Below, one piece after another: positions 10,203 to 20,401 of a DNA stretch of 64,000 bases. How positions within the stretch are numbered: the stretch's first letter is position 1; every line of letters begins with the position of its first letter. The translations under genes and the position numbers were made by a program. Source of the stretch: Candidatus Multivorans sp. (GTDB lineage: Bacteria > Acidobacteriota > Thermoanaerobaculia > Multivoradales > Multivoraceae); contig OZ251997.1 in NCBI GenBank assembly GCA_965247095.1, forward strand, positions 64,001-128,000, given 5' to 3'. The notes under the pieces were generated by a model, which was given only the letters and a program-made list of their open reading frames with translations, did not search any database and had not been told where the DNA came from.

Positions 10203-12617
10203 GTGACGGATCGTCCTTGCTCCAACCTGCGCGTGATCGAAATCGCCGGTTCGCCGGCGGGCGCCTACGCCGGTCTGCTGCTTGGAGCTTGCGGCGCCGA
10301 GGTGCTGCGCTTCGAACCGCACGGCGGGGACCCGTGGCGCGAGATCGGCGTGCGCTGGCGGGGCGTTGGCGCCGCGTACGCGTACCTGAACGCCGGCAAG
10401 CGCGCGGTGCGGCTACGGCCGAGTGCTGGCCGGGGCCGGGCGCAGATCCTGAAGCAGGTCGAGCGCGGTGGCGTCGACATCGTGATCGAGAGCTCCGCGC
10501 CGGGGCCGCTCGAACCGCTGATTGCCGAAGACTATGCGCCGCACGCCGTGCTGCTGCGGATCTCGCCCTTCGGGCTCGGCGCGGCGACCGGAAACAGCGT
10601 CTGGGGACAGGCGGGGCCACCGCGGTCGAACGAGTTCACGGACGACGCCTGGTCGGGGCACCTGTACCTGAACGGAGCGCCGGACCGGGAACCGATCGCG
10701 CGGCCGGGTCTTCACGCCCACTTCCAGGCCGGCGCCCACGCGGTGATCGGCGGTCTAGCCGCGGTTCTGGCCCGGCCTGCGATCGGTTGCGGTCAGACCG
10801 TCGATGTGTCCCACGTCGAGGCACTGGCCGCGCTGCACCAGTACACCACGGTGATGTGGACCCAGGCGGGCTACATTCTCGGCCGGGTCGGCAATTCCCA
10901 GGGCGGGCCCTGGCACCCGGTGGGCGTTCACCGCTGCAAGGACGGGTACGTGTCGCTGGCCATGCCGGCCAAGGAGATGCTGCATCCGTTCCTCGAGGCT
11001 GCGGGTCTGGCTCACCTCGCCTGGGATCCGCGCTTCGCGGAGGATGCCGACCGGGCGGAAAACCGGGAGGACTTCGATCGCGCGATCGAACCGTGGATGA
11101 TGGCCCACACCGCGGCCGAGATCATCGAACTGGGGGAGCGGGTGAGGGCGCCGATCGGTCCGGTGATCGATGTGCTGGAGGTGCTCGACGACCCTCACTT
11201 TCGGGCTCGCGGATTCTTCGTGCCGATCGACGGCGGCAGCGGGCCGCTCGTGCCGCGCGGGCCGTTCCTGCTGAGTTGCGAGACTCGCGGACGGGACGGG
11301 CCGGCGCCGGCGCCGGCAGCCCGAGCGGCACTGACGGACGGCCCGCTCCAGGGCCTGCGCGTTCTCGACCTCACCCGGGTCTGGGCCGGACCGCTGGCGA
11401 CCCGGATCCTCGGCGACCTCGGCGCCGACGTGATCAGGGTCGAGGCGGCCTGGGCGCGCGGCCCGGCGGAACGGTCGGCGAGGATCGCCCGGCTCAGCCA
11501 CCTCTACCCGGAGAACGAAGCCGGCGAACGCCCGTTCGACCGCAACGCCGCGTTCAACAAGATGAACCGGAACAAGCGCTCGGTGACGCTCGAGTTGAAC
11601 GATCCGGAGGCGCGCCGAATCTTCGAGGAGCTCGTCGAGCGTGCCGACGTCGTCTGCGACAACTTCAGCCCCCGGGTCATGCCGAAGCTGGGGCTCGACG
11701 CGGAGGGCCTCCACAGGATCAACCCGGGCCTGGTCGCGGTCTCCATGCCCGGCTTCGGGAACTCCGGCCCGTACCGCGATCGGCTCGCGTACGGTCCCCT
11801 GATCGAGTCGACGATGGGGTTGACGTCCGAACTCGGTTATCGGGACGGCGGTCCGCACCGGTCGGGCATCGCCTGGCCCGACCCGGTGACGGCGCTGCAC
11901 ACGGTCGTGGGCACGCTGGCGATGCTCTACGGACGCTTGACGTCGCCGGAGGGCGAGGGCGGCACGGTCGAAACGCCGATGGTCGAGGCGACGGCGACCA
12001 TGTTCGGCGATCACATCCTGGCCGCCCAGCTTCGCGGAGCAGCCGGGCCTCGGCGCGGCAACCGCCATCCCCGGCGCGCGCCCCAGGGCTGCTACCAGTG
12101 CCTGGGCGAGGACCGTTGGCTCGCGGTCAGTGTCGAGAACGATGCGGAATGGCAGGCGCTGTGCGATCTGGCCGGCCTGCCGGCGTCCTTCGCGTCGATG
12201 TCGCTGGACCAGCGGCGGGCGGACGAGGACCGGATCGACGGTCTGCTCTCGGACTGGACCCGCAGTCGAGATCGGGACGCTCTGGCGGTTGCACTGCGCC
12301 GCGCCGGGATCACGGCGGCGCCGGTCGCCGACGCCCGCGACCTGGCCCGTGACCCGTTCCTGGAAGCGCGCGGCTTGTGGACCGAGCTCGACCACCGGGA
12401 GGTCGGCAGGCGCCGGTACCCGGGCCTGGCGATCCACTTCAGTGTGACCGGCGGGACTTACCGCCGCGCCGCGCCGTGTCTCGGCGAACACAACCGGGAA
12501 GTGCTGGTCGAGGTTCTCGGGTTCCCGCCGTCTCGCGTCGACGAGTTGGAGCGCGCGGGCATCCTGCGCGACACACCGCCGGAAGGCGCGACGAGCCGGG
12601 GCGTCAAGAAGGCCTGA
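10203..12617 (+). CDS. Family III CoA-transferase, two fused domains
   Basis: LRVIEIAGSPAGAYAGLLLGACGAEV and LNAGKR in domain 1; PLQGLRVLDLTRVWAGPLATRILGDLGADVIRVE, NRNKRS and APCLGEHN in domain 2. GTG start at 10203 chosen to avoid overlap with pbpC. Confidence 0.9.
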   Translation: MTDRPCSNLRVIEIAGSPAGAYAGLLLGACGAEVLRFEPHGGDPWREIGVRWRGVGAAYAYLNAGKRAVRLRPSAGRGRAQILKQVERGGVDIVIESSAPGPLEPLIAEDYAPHAVLLRISPFGLGAATGNSVWGQAGPPRSNEFTDDAWSGHLYLNGAPDREPIARPGLHAHFQAGAHAVIGGLAAVLARPAIGCGQTVDVSHVEALAALHQYTTVMWTQAGYILGRVGNSQGGPWHPVGVHRCKDGYVSLAMPAKEMLHPFLEAAGLAHLAWDPRFAEDADRAENREDFDRAIEPWMMAHTAAEIIELGERVRAPIGPVIDVLEVLDDPHFRARGFFVPIDGGSGPLVPRGPFLLSCETRGRDGPAPAPAARAALTDGPLQGLRVLDLTRVWAGPLATRILGDLGADVIRVEAAWARGPAERSARIARLSHLYPENEAGERPFDRNAAFNKMNRNKRSVTLELNDPEARRIFEELVERADVVCDNFSPRVMPKLGLDAEGLHRINPGLVAVSMPGFGNSGPYRDRLAYGPLIESTMGLTSELGYRDGGPHRSGIAWPDPVTALHTVVGTLAMLYGRLTSPEGEGGTVETPMVEATATMFGDHILAAQLRGAAGPRRGNRHPRRAPQGCYQCLGEDRWLAVSVENDAEWQALCDLAGLPASFASMSLDQRRADEDRIDGLLSDWTRSRDRDALAVALRRAGITAAPVADARDLARDPFLEARGLWTELDHREVGRRRYPGLAIHFSVTGGTYRRAAPCLGEHNREVLVEVLGFPPSRVDELERAGILRDTPPEGATSRGVKKA

Positions 12618-12709
12618 GAGCGACGGCCGCGCCCGCTTGCCTTGGCCGCGGACTGCTAGGGTGACTCATCGCCTCTACAGCCGGACGCGCCGTACCGATC
12701 GAAGTTCCA

Positions 12710-14254
12710 TTGCCCACGACGAGCGAGGCTTCAGCCGCACCGCAGCCGCTCTGGGCCAAGGTCATCGACCAGACGCGTTGCATCGGGTGCCATGCGTGTA
12801 CAACCGCGTGCAAGTCCGAGAACGAGGTGCCGCTATCGGTCACGCGCACGTACGTGAAGTCCGTCGACGTGGGGCGCTATCCCCGCGCGCGCCGCGCCTT
12901 CCAGGTCACGCGCTGCAACCAGTGTGAGGACGCACCCTGCGTCGCGGCCTGCCCGACCTCTGCGATGTACCGCCGGGACGACGGCATCGTCGACTTCGAC
13001 AAGTCGTCGTGCATCGGATGCAAGGCGTGCATCGCGGCGTGCCCGTACGATGCGATCTTCATCAATCCCGACGACCACTCGGCAGAAAAGTGCAACTTCT
13101 GTGCGCACCGGCTCGACATCGGCCTCGAGCCCGCGTGCGTCGTCGTCTGTCCGACCGAGGCGCTGCTCGTCGGCGACATGAACGACCCGCTCTCCGAGGT
13201 CTCGAAGATCGTCCACCAGGAACCGGTTGCGGTGCGACGGCCGGAGAAGGAGACGCGGCCCAAGGTCTTCTACAAGGGCGCGGACCGGGCAACGCTGGAT
13301 CCACTTGCCGCGCGCCAACCCGAGGGCGGCCTGTTCATGTGGAGCGAGCAGGACAACGGCAGCGGGAAGGTGTCGTCCGGCCATACCGGCCCCCGCAACA
13401 GTTCCGCGGCGGCACTGCTCAGCTACGACGTCCCGCACGAGATTCCGTGGGACTTCCGGGTGAGCCTCTACACGTTCACCAAGTCGATCGCCGCGGGGGC
13501 CTATCTGGTGCCGCTGCTGCTGGCGATCGCCGGCATGATCCCCTGGACGTCGCCGGTGTGGACGCTCATAGGCCCCTTGATGGCGCTCGCTTTTCTGGTG
13601 CTGACGGGCGCGCTCCTGGTGTGGGATCTGGAGCATCCGGAGCGTTTCTGGATGGTGCTCGCCAGACCGCAGTGGCGCAGTTGGCTGGTGCGCGGGGGCT
13701 TCGCCATCACCGCGTACGGCGCACTGTTAGCCGGCCACATCGGCGCCGTTGTGGCCGGCCGGCCCGAGTGGACGCAGGTGTTGGCTTGGGCCGGGGGCCC
13801 GCTGGCGGCCGCGGCCGCGGTCTACACCGCGTACCTTCTTGCCCAGGCACGCGCGCGCGACCTCTGGCAGAGCTCGCTGCTGCCGCCGCACTTTCTCATC
13901 CAAGCGCTGCTGGCCGGCTCGGGCGCGCTGATTCTGGCTGACCTGGCCACGGGCGGAGCTGTGGAACTCGGCGTCGGCGCCGTGTGGATCTTCCAGACCT
14001 CGCTGGCTGTCCACATCGCCCTTACCCTTGGCGAGGCGACGATGACGCACCCGACCGCCCACGCCGCCCTGGCTGCTCGCGGCATGCTCAAGGGCCGGTA
14101 TGCGGTCCCCTACTGGACCGGTTTCTTCTTCGCCGCCGCCGCGCTGGTGCTTGTGGGCATCGGCGCCCACCTCGGTGCGGCCGCTGGACTCATGGGCCTG
14201 TTGCTCTACGAGCACGCCTATCTGCAAGCCGGCCAGTCGGTGCCCCTCTCCTGA
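12710..14254 (+). CDS. 4Fe-4S electron-transfer subunit (DmsB/PsrB-like) fused to NrfD/PsrC-type membrane anchor
   Basis: CIGCHACTTAC, CNQCEDAPCVAACP, CIGCKACIAACP and KCNFCAH..PACVVVCP; then multi-TM region with DLEHPERFW..RPQWRSWLVRG. Confidence 0.9.
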   Translation: MPTTSEASAAPQPLWAKVIDQTRCIGCHACTTACKSENEVPLSVTRTYVKSVDVGRYPRARRAFQVTRCNQCEDAPCVAACPTSAMYRRDDGIVDFDKSSCIGCKACIAACPYDAIFINPDDHSAEKCNFCAHRLDIGLEPACVVVCPTEALLVGDMNDPLSEVSKIVHQEPVAVRRPEKETRPKVFYKGADRATLDPLAARQPEGGLFMWSEQDNGSGKVSSGHTGPRNSSAAALLSYDVPHEIPWDFRVSLYTFTKSIAAGAYLVPLLLAIAGMIPWTSPVWTLIGPLMALAFLVLTGALLVWDLEHPERFWMVLARPQWRSWLVRGGFAITAYGALLAGHIGAVVAGRPEWTQVLAWAGGPLAAAAAVYTAYLLAQARARDLWQSSLLPPHFLIQALLAGSGALILADLATGGAVELGVGAVWIFQTSLAVHIALTLGEATMTHPTAHAALAARGMLKGRYAVPYWTGFFFAAAALVLVGIGAHLGAAAGLMGLLLYEHAYLQAGQSVPLS

Positions 14255-14262
14255 ATAGACCA

Positions 14263-17169
14263 GTGAACGAGCCGGGCAAGCTGGAAAGCCTCGAGCGCGT
14301 GGTCTCGGCGGCAAGGGCCGACGCCGAAGCCCGCGGCGAGACCTTCTATCCCGGCGCCAGCCGCGTCCACCTCGCGTCCTATCCGCCGAAGGAACGTTGG
14401 AACGACTGGGTCGAACTCGACTCCAAGGCATGGCCGCGGCGCGTCGAGAAGCGTTACATGCTGGTCCCGACCACGTGCTTCAACTGCGAGTCCGCGTGTG
14501 GACTCCTGGCCTACGTCGACCGTGACACGCTGCAGGTACGCAAGTTCGAGGGCAACCCCGAACACCCGGGCTCACGGGGTCGCAACTGCGCCAAGGGCCC
14601 GGCCACGCTCAACCAGATCACCGACCCCGACCGCATTCTCCATCCGCTCAAGCGGGCCGGCGGGCGCGGAGAAGGGAAGTGGGAGCGGGTGTCGTGGGAC
14701 GACGCCCTCGACGACATCGCGGCGCGCATTCGCAAGGCCCTGGAGGAAGAGCGGCACAACGAGATCATGTACCACGTCGGCCGCCCGGGGGAGGACGGAT
14801 ACACCGAGCGCATGCTCGCGGCCTGGGGCGTCGACGGACACAACTCGCACACCAATGTCTGTTCGAGCGGCGCGCGCGCCGGATACCACTGGTGGATGGG
14901 CATGGACCGCCCGAGCCCGGACCACGCCAACGCCAAGGTGATCGTCCTCGTCAGCAGCCACCTCGAGACCGGCCACTACTTCAACCCCCACGCGCAGCGC
15001 ATCATGGAGGGCAAGAAGAACGGCGCCAAACTGATCGTCCTGGACACGCGCCTCTCGAACACCGCGACCCACGCCGACCACTGGCTGTCGCCCTATCCCG
15101 GCTCGGAAGCGGCGATCTTCCTGGCGGTCGCGAACTGGATGATCCGGGAGGGCCGCTACGACCGCGACTTCGTGCGCCGGTGGTGGAACTGGCCGGACTT
15201 CATGGCGGCCCGGGGCGAGGCCGGCGCCTCGTTCGAGCGCTTCGAGGAAGCGCTGCGCCAGATGTACGCGGAGTACACCTTCGAGTACGCGGCGAGCGAG
15301 TCGGGCATCGATGCCGGCGAGCTGCGCGCCGTCGCCGAAGTGATCTCGACCGCCGGTACCCGTCTGGCCACCCACAACTGGCGCAGCGCCGGATCCGGGA
15401 ATCTCGGCGGCTGGCAGGTGGCCCGCACGCTCACGCTCTTAGGCGCGCTCCTCGGCGCCCTGGCCACCGAGGGCGGGACCTTCCCCAATGCCTGGAACAA
15501 GTTCGTGCCCAAGCCGCCGCGTCTCCCGAACCGCCCCCCGCGGCGGTGGAACGAGGTGCAGTGGCCGCGCGAGTATCCCCTGTCTCTGAACGAGATGTCG
15601 TTCCTGATGCCGCACCTGATGCGGGCGCAGGACGCCTACCTCGACGTGTACTTCACGCGCGTGCATAACCCCGTGTGGACCAACCCGGACGGCTTCAGTT
15701 GGATCGAGATGCTGAGCGACGCGCGCCGGATCGGCCTGCACGTGGCGATGACGCCGACCTGGAACGAGACCGCCTACTTCGCCGACTACGTTCTGCCGAT
15801 GGGGCATTCGTCCGAGCGGCACGATCTCACCTCGTACGAGCAGTACGACGGCCAGTGGCTCGGCTTTCGTCAACCGGTCCTGAGGGCCGCCCGGGGTCGC
15901 CTGGGAGAGAAGATCGGCGACACCCGCGAGGTGAACCCCGGCGAGGTGTGGGAGGAAAACGAATTCTGGATCGACCTCACCTGGCGCATCGATCCAGACG
16001 GTTCGCTGGGGATCCGCGAGTTCTTTGAGTCGGTCGAGAACCCCGGCGAGAAGATGACCGTCGATGAGTACTACGGCTGGATCTTCGCGAACACGGTGCC
16101 CGGGCTGCCTGAAGTCGCCGCGAAGGAAGGGCTGACGCCTTTGGAGTACATGCGCCGCTACGGCGCGTTCGAGGTCGCGAGCAAGGTCGGCAAGGTCTTC
16201 GAGCAGCGCGTTCCGGACGATGAGCTGGAGGATGCGCACGTCGACGAACGCGACCGCGTCTACACGCGTGCGCCGGCGCCCGCGAGCCCGCAGGCCCACG
16301 GAGGTACTGCACTTGATGCGGACGAAGACGGCCGTCGCCGGGTCGGCGTGCGCGTGGACGGCGAGATGCTCAAGGGCTGGCCGACGCCTTCCGGCAAGCT
16401 GGAGTTCTGGTCGAACACCCTCGCCGAGTGGGGATGGCCGGAGCTGGCGGCGCCCACCTACATCAAGAGCCACGTGCATCCGAGCCGGCTCGAGCCCGGG
16501 CAGATGCCATTGATCTCGACCTTCCGGATACCCGTGCAGATCCACACCCGGAGCGCCAACTCGAAGTGGCTCGACGAGATCGCGCACACGAACCCGCTCT
16601 GGATCCACCCGACCGACGCCGCGCGTCTGGGTATTGGCGGGACGGGCAGCCTGGTCCGGGTCACGACCGACCTCGGCTACTTCGTCGTCAAGGCGTGGAT
16701 CACCGAGGGGATCCGGCCCGGCGTCGTTGCGTGCAGCCATCACATGGGCCGCTGGAAACCGGAGGGCCAGCCGGGCCAACGCCTTGGCATGATGACCGTC
16801 GCGCTGGCGCAGAACGGTTCGGAGTGGTCGCTCGCGCCGAAGCAGAGCGGCGGTCCGTTCCGCTCGAAGGACCCAGACACGATGCGGGTCTGGTGGACCG
16901 ATGTCGGCGTGCATCAGAACCTGACCCACGCGGTGCACCCGGACCCGGTCTCCGGGCAGCACTGCTGGCACCAGGCCGTTCGTGTGACGCCCGCCGCGCC
17001 CGGCGACCAGCGTGGCGACGTGTCGGTCGACACGGATGGCTCGCGGGCGCAATTCGAGCGCTGGTTGGAACTGGCGCGGCCGGCCGACCGGCACTCGCCG
17101 GGTGGGATGCGCCGGCCCTGGTGGATGCTGCGTCCGGTGAGGCCCGCGCGCGAGGCCTACCGGTTCTAG
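14263..17169 (+). CDS. Molybdopterin (DMSO reductase family) oxidoreductase catalytic subunit
   Basis: FS0 motif CFNCESAC..NCAKG; DRILHPLKRAG.RGEGKWERVSWDDALD; HTNVCSS; NETAYFADYVLP; LWIHPTDAARLGI. GTG start at 14263 inferred. Confidence 0.9.
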   Translation: MNEPGKLESLERVVSAARADAEARGETFYPGASRVHLASYPPKERWNDWVELDSKAWPRRVEKRYMLVPTTCFNCESACGLLAYVDRDTLQVRKFEGNPEHPGSRGRNCAKGPATLNQITDPDRILHPLKRAGGRGEGKWERVSWDDALDDIAARIRKALEEERHNEIMYHVGRPGEDGYTERMLAAWGVDGHNSHTNVCSSGARAGYHWWMGMDRPSPDHANAKVIVLVSSHLETGHYFNPHAQRIMEGKKNGAKLIVLDTRLSNTATHADHWLSPYPGSEAAIFLAVANWMIREGRYDRDFVRRWWNWPDFMAARGEAGASFERFEEALRQMYAEYTFEYAASESGIDAGELRAVAEVISTAGTRLATHNWRSAGSGNLGGWQVARTLTLLGALLGALATEGGTFPNAWNKFVPKPPRLPNRPPRRWNEVQWPREYPLSLNEMSFLMPHLMRAQDAYLDVYFTRVHNPVWTNPDGFSWIEMLSDARRIGLHVAMTPTWNETAYFADYVLPMGHSSERHDLTSYEQYDGQWLGFRQPVLRAARGRLGEKIGDTREVNPGEVWEENEFWIDLTWRIDPDGSLGIREFFESVENPGEKMTVDEYYGWIFANTVPGLPEVAAKEGLTPLEYMRRYGAFEVASKVGKVFEQRVPDDELEDAHVDERDRVYTRAPAPASPQAHGGTALDADEDGRRRVGVRVDGEMLKGWPTPSGKLEFWSNTLAEWGWPELAAPTYIKSHVHPSRLEPGQMPLISTFRIPVQIHTRSANSKWLDEIAHTNPLWIHPTDAARLGIGGTGSLVRVTTDLGYFVVKAWITEGIRPGVVACSHHMGRWKPEGQPGQRLGMMTVALAQNGSEWSLAPKQSGGPFRSKDPDTMRVWWTDVGVHQNLTHAVHPDPVSGQHCWHQAVRVTPAAPGDQRGDVSVDTDGSRAQFERWLELARPADRHSPGGMRRPWWMLRPVRPAREAYRF

Positions 17170-17180
17170 GCCGCTTGGAG

Positions 17181-17268
17181 CTTGCGCGGCAGAACGATCT
17201 GACCTGGGAACGCGGGCATCCTGCCCGCATCCGGCGCGAAGCGCCGGCTTCCGGACGTTCTGCCGCGC
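17181..17268. repeat. Miniature palindromic element: REP-like core between inverted repeats
   Basis: GCGCGGCAGAACG ... CGTTCTGCCGCGC inverted ends enclosing CCTGGGAACGCGGGCATCCTGCCCGCATCCGGCGCGAAGCGCCGG (17203-17247). Confidence 0.8.
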
Positions 17269-17286
17269 TAACTGCTGGAGCCCACG

Positions 17287-18606
17287 ATGACTTCGGTCGA
17301 ACTGCTGCGAGCCCTGGCCGTCTTCGCCGAGCCGCCTGAAGCGGCACACGCCCGGGTCGCCGGTCTGCTCGGCTTGGGTGACTGCATCGACGGCTCGGCG
17401 TACGCGGAGCTCTTCGTCTTCCAGTTGCCTCCATACGCCTCGATCTACGTGGGCCCCGAGGGCTGGATGGGCGGCGAGGCACGAGAGCGGATCGCCGGGT
17501 TCTGGCGCGCGGTGGGGCGGACGCCTCCCGCCGAACCGGACCACCTGAGCGTCCTTCTCGGCCTGTACGCCGCGTTGAGCGAGGAGCACGGTCAGGCGAC
17601 CGGTCCGGCCGCCGCGCTGGCGGCGGAAGCAGGCCGTGCCCTCCTGCACGAGCACCTGGCGCCGTGGGTCTTCGCGTATCTCGACCACGCCGAGGAACTG
17701 GCGGTGGGCGGCTACAAACGCTGGGCGGAGCTGCTCCGGGAGACCCTCGCGCAAGCGGCCGGGCGCGTGGGGCAGCCGGCGGTCCTGCCCGCTCACCTGC
17801 GCGCGGCATCCGGGCTTCCGGACCCGCGAACAGAGGGTGGTCAGGCCTTCCTCAAGGGACTCCTGGCGCCCGTCCGCTCCGGCATCATTCTGACTCGGGC
17901 GGCGCTCGGGACGATGGCGCGCGAACTCGACCTGGGGCTGCGCGCCGGTGAGCGACGGTTCGCCCTCGAAGGCCTGCTCGGGCAGGACTCGCAGGCGACT
18001 CTGGCCGCCCTGGCGGCCCTGGCCGCGCGCGAGGAACTGGCTCACAAGCGGCGCGAAGGTCTGCAGGGGGAGTCAGCCCGATTCCTGGCACGGAGAGCCG
18101 GGCACACAGCCCGGCTTCTGAGCGAACTGGGGCGTTACTCTGGTAGCGAAATGGGTAGCGTGATTCCAGAAAGTCCGCGGGGCCGGCCGCCGGAGAAACT
18201 CGACTACGTCCTCGAGTCCTCCCTGTACGTGAGCGACCTCGACGCGGCGGAGGCCTTCTACAGGTCGGTCCTGGGGCTCACCCTCCATTCCAAGCTCAAA
18301 GGGAGACACGTCTTCTTCCGCTGCGGCAACCAGATGGTCCTCCTGTTCGATCCCGAGGCGACCGCCGACCCCGACTTGATCTCGCGGGGCCTCGGCGCCC
18401 ACGGCGCCCACGGTCCCGGTCATCTGGCGTTCGGGGTAGGCGAGGACGAGATCGACAGTTGGCGGACCCATCTCCAGAACCACGGTGTCGAGATCGAGCA
18501 CGAGGTCGAGTGGGGTGGGGAGCGGGGACGGTCCCTCTACTTCCGGGATCCGGACGGAAACAGTCTGGAGGTCGCGACGCCGGGTCTGTGGGGCATCGGG
18601 AACTGA
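17287..18606 (+). CDS. TorD/DmsD-family chaperone continuous in frame with a VOC/glyoxalase domain
   Basis: PPYASIY, EPDHLSVLL and HEHLAPW (TorD). From about 18200: VLESSLYVSDLDAAEAFY, GPGHLAF, RSLYFRDPDGNSLEV (VOC). Confidence 0.8.
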   Translation: MTSVELLRALAVFAEPPEAAHARVAGLLGLGDCIDGSAYAELFVFQLPPYASIYVGPEGWMGGEARERIAGFWRAVGRTPPAEPDHLSVLLGLYAALSEEHGQATGPAAALAAEAGRALLHEHLAPWVFAYLDHAEELAVGGYKRWAELLRETLAQAAGRVGQPAVLPAHLRAASGLPDPRTEGGQAFLKGLLAPVRSGIILTRAALGTMARELDLGLRAGERRFALEGLLGQDSQATLAALAALAAREELAHKRREGLQGESARFLARRAGHTARLLSELGRYSGSEMGSVIPESPRGRPPEKLDYVLESSLYVSDLDAAEAFYRSVLGLTLHSKLKGRHVFFRCGNQMVLLFDPEATADPDLISRGLGAHGAHGPGHLAFGVGEDEIDSWRTHLQNHGVEIEHEVEWGGERGRSLYFRDPDGNSLEVATPGLWGIGN

Positions 18607-18614
18607 GCCGCCGA

Positions 18615-20399
18615 TCAGCGGTCGAAGTACGGGTGGTTTGCCACCGGCAGGTGGGGAGCGTTCCCCGACGGCTTTCGGACAGTCAGTTCCTCGAACAGGA
18701 GATCGGGGACCGAGACGGTAACGACCTGGTCCATCGAGAGCGCGGCCAGCAGGAACGCCGGGAGGCGCCCGCCGCTGGCGGACTGAGGCAGGCTGTACAC
18801 CGTGGATGTGTCGGATACCTCGACGATGTCCCTGAACGCGGCTTCGGTGACGCCGGCCAGTTCCGGCTTGGGGATCAGCTCCTCCGTGCCGTCCGGGAAC
18901 ACCTTGTAGGCCGCGGTGAGGCTGCCGACGCCGGGTCCCGGTTCGGAACCGGATACCAGGAAGGAGATGCGCGAGAGAGGGTCCTCGTCGCCGGAAGCGT
19001 TGGCCATGCGGCGCACGACGATTCCGTATTCGGCGCCTCGTTCCTCCACGAGCTGCATGAACTCCGCGAGGAGTTCGTCGCTGTTCATCGTCCGAGTGGA
19101 GGTGAGGAGCAGGTTGCTGGCCAGCGGGCCCTCGCCGCGCCGGTTTCCCGTGCTCTTGTCGATTCCCGGAATTGGATTCCGCGAGGTCAGCAGGGTCTTC
19201 AGGACTCCGTTCTCGACGAGAACCGTGGCCCGCGCTTCGACGCCGTCGTCGTCCACTTCGTAGCCGCCCAGGAAGCCGTCGCCCCTGAGCGAGGGATCGT
19301 CCTGAACGCTGAGGAATCTCGGTAGGACCCTTGCCCCGATCTTGTCGAGGAACGGGTTCCGGTCCTGTTGCAGCATCCTCGCGTACTGCGGCTCGGCGTC
19401 CGGGATGCGGCTGCCCAGCAACCGGGGCACAAGAACCTGCGCGAACAGCTCGGCTGCGGCCTGACCCTCGAAGAGCACTGGGCCGTTGTATTGGTCGATG
19501 GTTGACGCGGACCGTCGAGCGGCCAATCTGGCGCCGATATCCTGGATGCCGGTCTGCAGCGTCTGGTGGTCGCTGACTTCCTCCCACGAAGCGCCATAGG
19601 CCGCGAGCGAATCGTCCAGAACGACGCCGCTGACCGCCTGCGTATGAGCCTTGATCACGATCGAGGCCATCGGATCGGAGCGGATGAAGGCGGATCCTTC
19701 GCTGTTGGCGTAGTAGGTGCGTCGACTCCTGACGGCGGCAACGACCTCCGACTCGTTGACCTCGGGCATCTTCTTGAACAGTCCGGACAGATTCCGGACC
19801 AGGTCGTCGAGTGCTGTTCGGGGCGGAAGGTCCGAACCCGAACTGTCGAAGAAGGAGAACGGCGCCTCCGCCGTGAAGTCCGCTACGTCCTCGGCCCGCG
19901 TCTCGTTCTGCAGGGCCGCGCGCTTCTCTGCGAGCGCATCGAGAGCGGACTTGTAGGCGCTATCGGTGGCAAGCCAGATCTGCCGTCGCAGTTCCCGGTA
20001 ATCGTTCTCGATCGGTAAGGCTGCGCCGGGGCCGAAGCTCGTGGAGAAGAGGGAGAAGGAACTGAAGTTCGTGTTGTCGAAGGACGGCTCGCCGACGCGC
20101 ACTTCGACGCTGAGACGTCTGCTCTTGTCCTCGTTGCTCGAAAGCAACGCCCCGAAACTCCCGGTGGCCTCTAGCCGTTCGGTCTCGGACACGGTGTAGG
20201 CGACGAAGTAGGGCTTCTCGAGTCCCTCCACCTGGAGTTCCTCGACGGTCCGGGCGAGTTCGTCGCGCATGGCCTGCATCAGCACGTTCAGTTCAGGTTG
20301 CTCCTGCGCCTCTGCGCCGGCGAGCGCAACGAGCGACGAGGTGGCCAGCAGAGCCGCCGTGATTCGTATCGTCCAGCCGTCTGAAATTGAGCTGCTCAT
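18615..20399 (-). CDS. TldE/PmbA-like protein with signal peptide (non-catalytic partner)
   Basis: Signal peptide ..LLATSSLVALAGAEA; YNGPVLFEG, DDP..GGYEVDDDGV..LVENGVLK; paralogous to the neighbouring gene; no HExxxH. Confidence 0.8.
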   Translation of the reverse strand: MSSSISDGWTIRITAALLATSSLVALAGAEAQEQPELNVLMQAMRDELARTVEELQVEGLEKPYFVAYTVSETERLEATGSFGALLSSNEDKSRRLSVEVRVGEPSFDNTNFSSFSLFSTSFGPGAALPIENDYRELRRQIWLATDSAYKSALDALAEKRAALQNETRAEDVADFTAEAPFSFFDSSGSDLPPRTALDDLVRNLSGLFKKMPEVNESEVVAAVRSRRTYYANSEGSAFIRSDPMASIVIKAHTQAVSGVVLDDSLAAYGASWEEVSDHQTLQTGIQDIGARLAARRSASTIDQYNGPVLFEGQAAAELFAQVLVPRLLGSRIPDAEPQYARMLQQDRNPFLDKIGARVLPRFLSVQDDPSLRGDGFLGGYEVDDDGVEARATVLVENGVLKTLLTSRNPIPGIDKSTGNRRGEGPLASNLLLTSTRTMNSDELLAEFMQLVEERGAEYGIVVRRMANASGDEDPLSRISFLVSGSEPGPGVGSLTAAYKVFPDGTEELIPKPELAGVTEAAFRDIVEVSDTSTVYSLPQSASGGRLPAFLLAALSMDQVVTVSVPDLLFEELTVRKPSGNAPHLPVANHPYFDR

Positions 20400-20401
20400 G
20401 A

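Noticed and set aside
15439-18045. 868-aa minus-strand ORF and similar long antisense ORFs (e.g. 47043..49286, 54338..56149, 56798..58912)
   Set aside because: No recognisable motifs; expected stop-poor mirror frames of high-GC genes.
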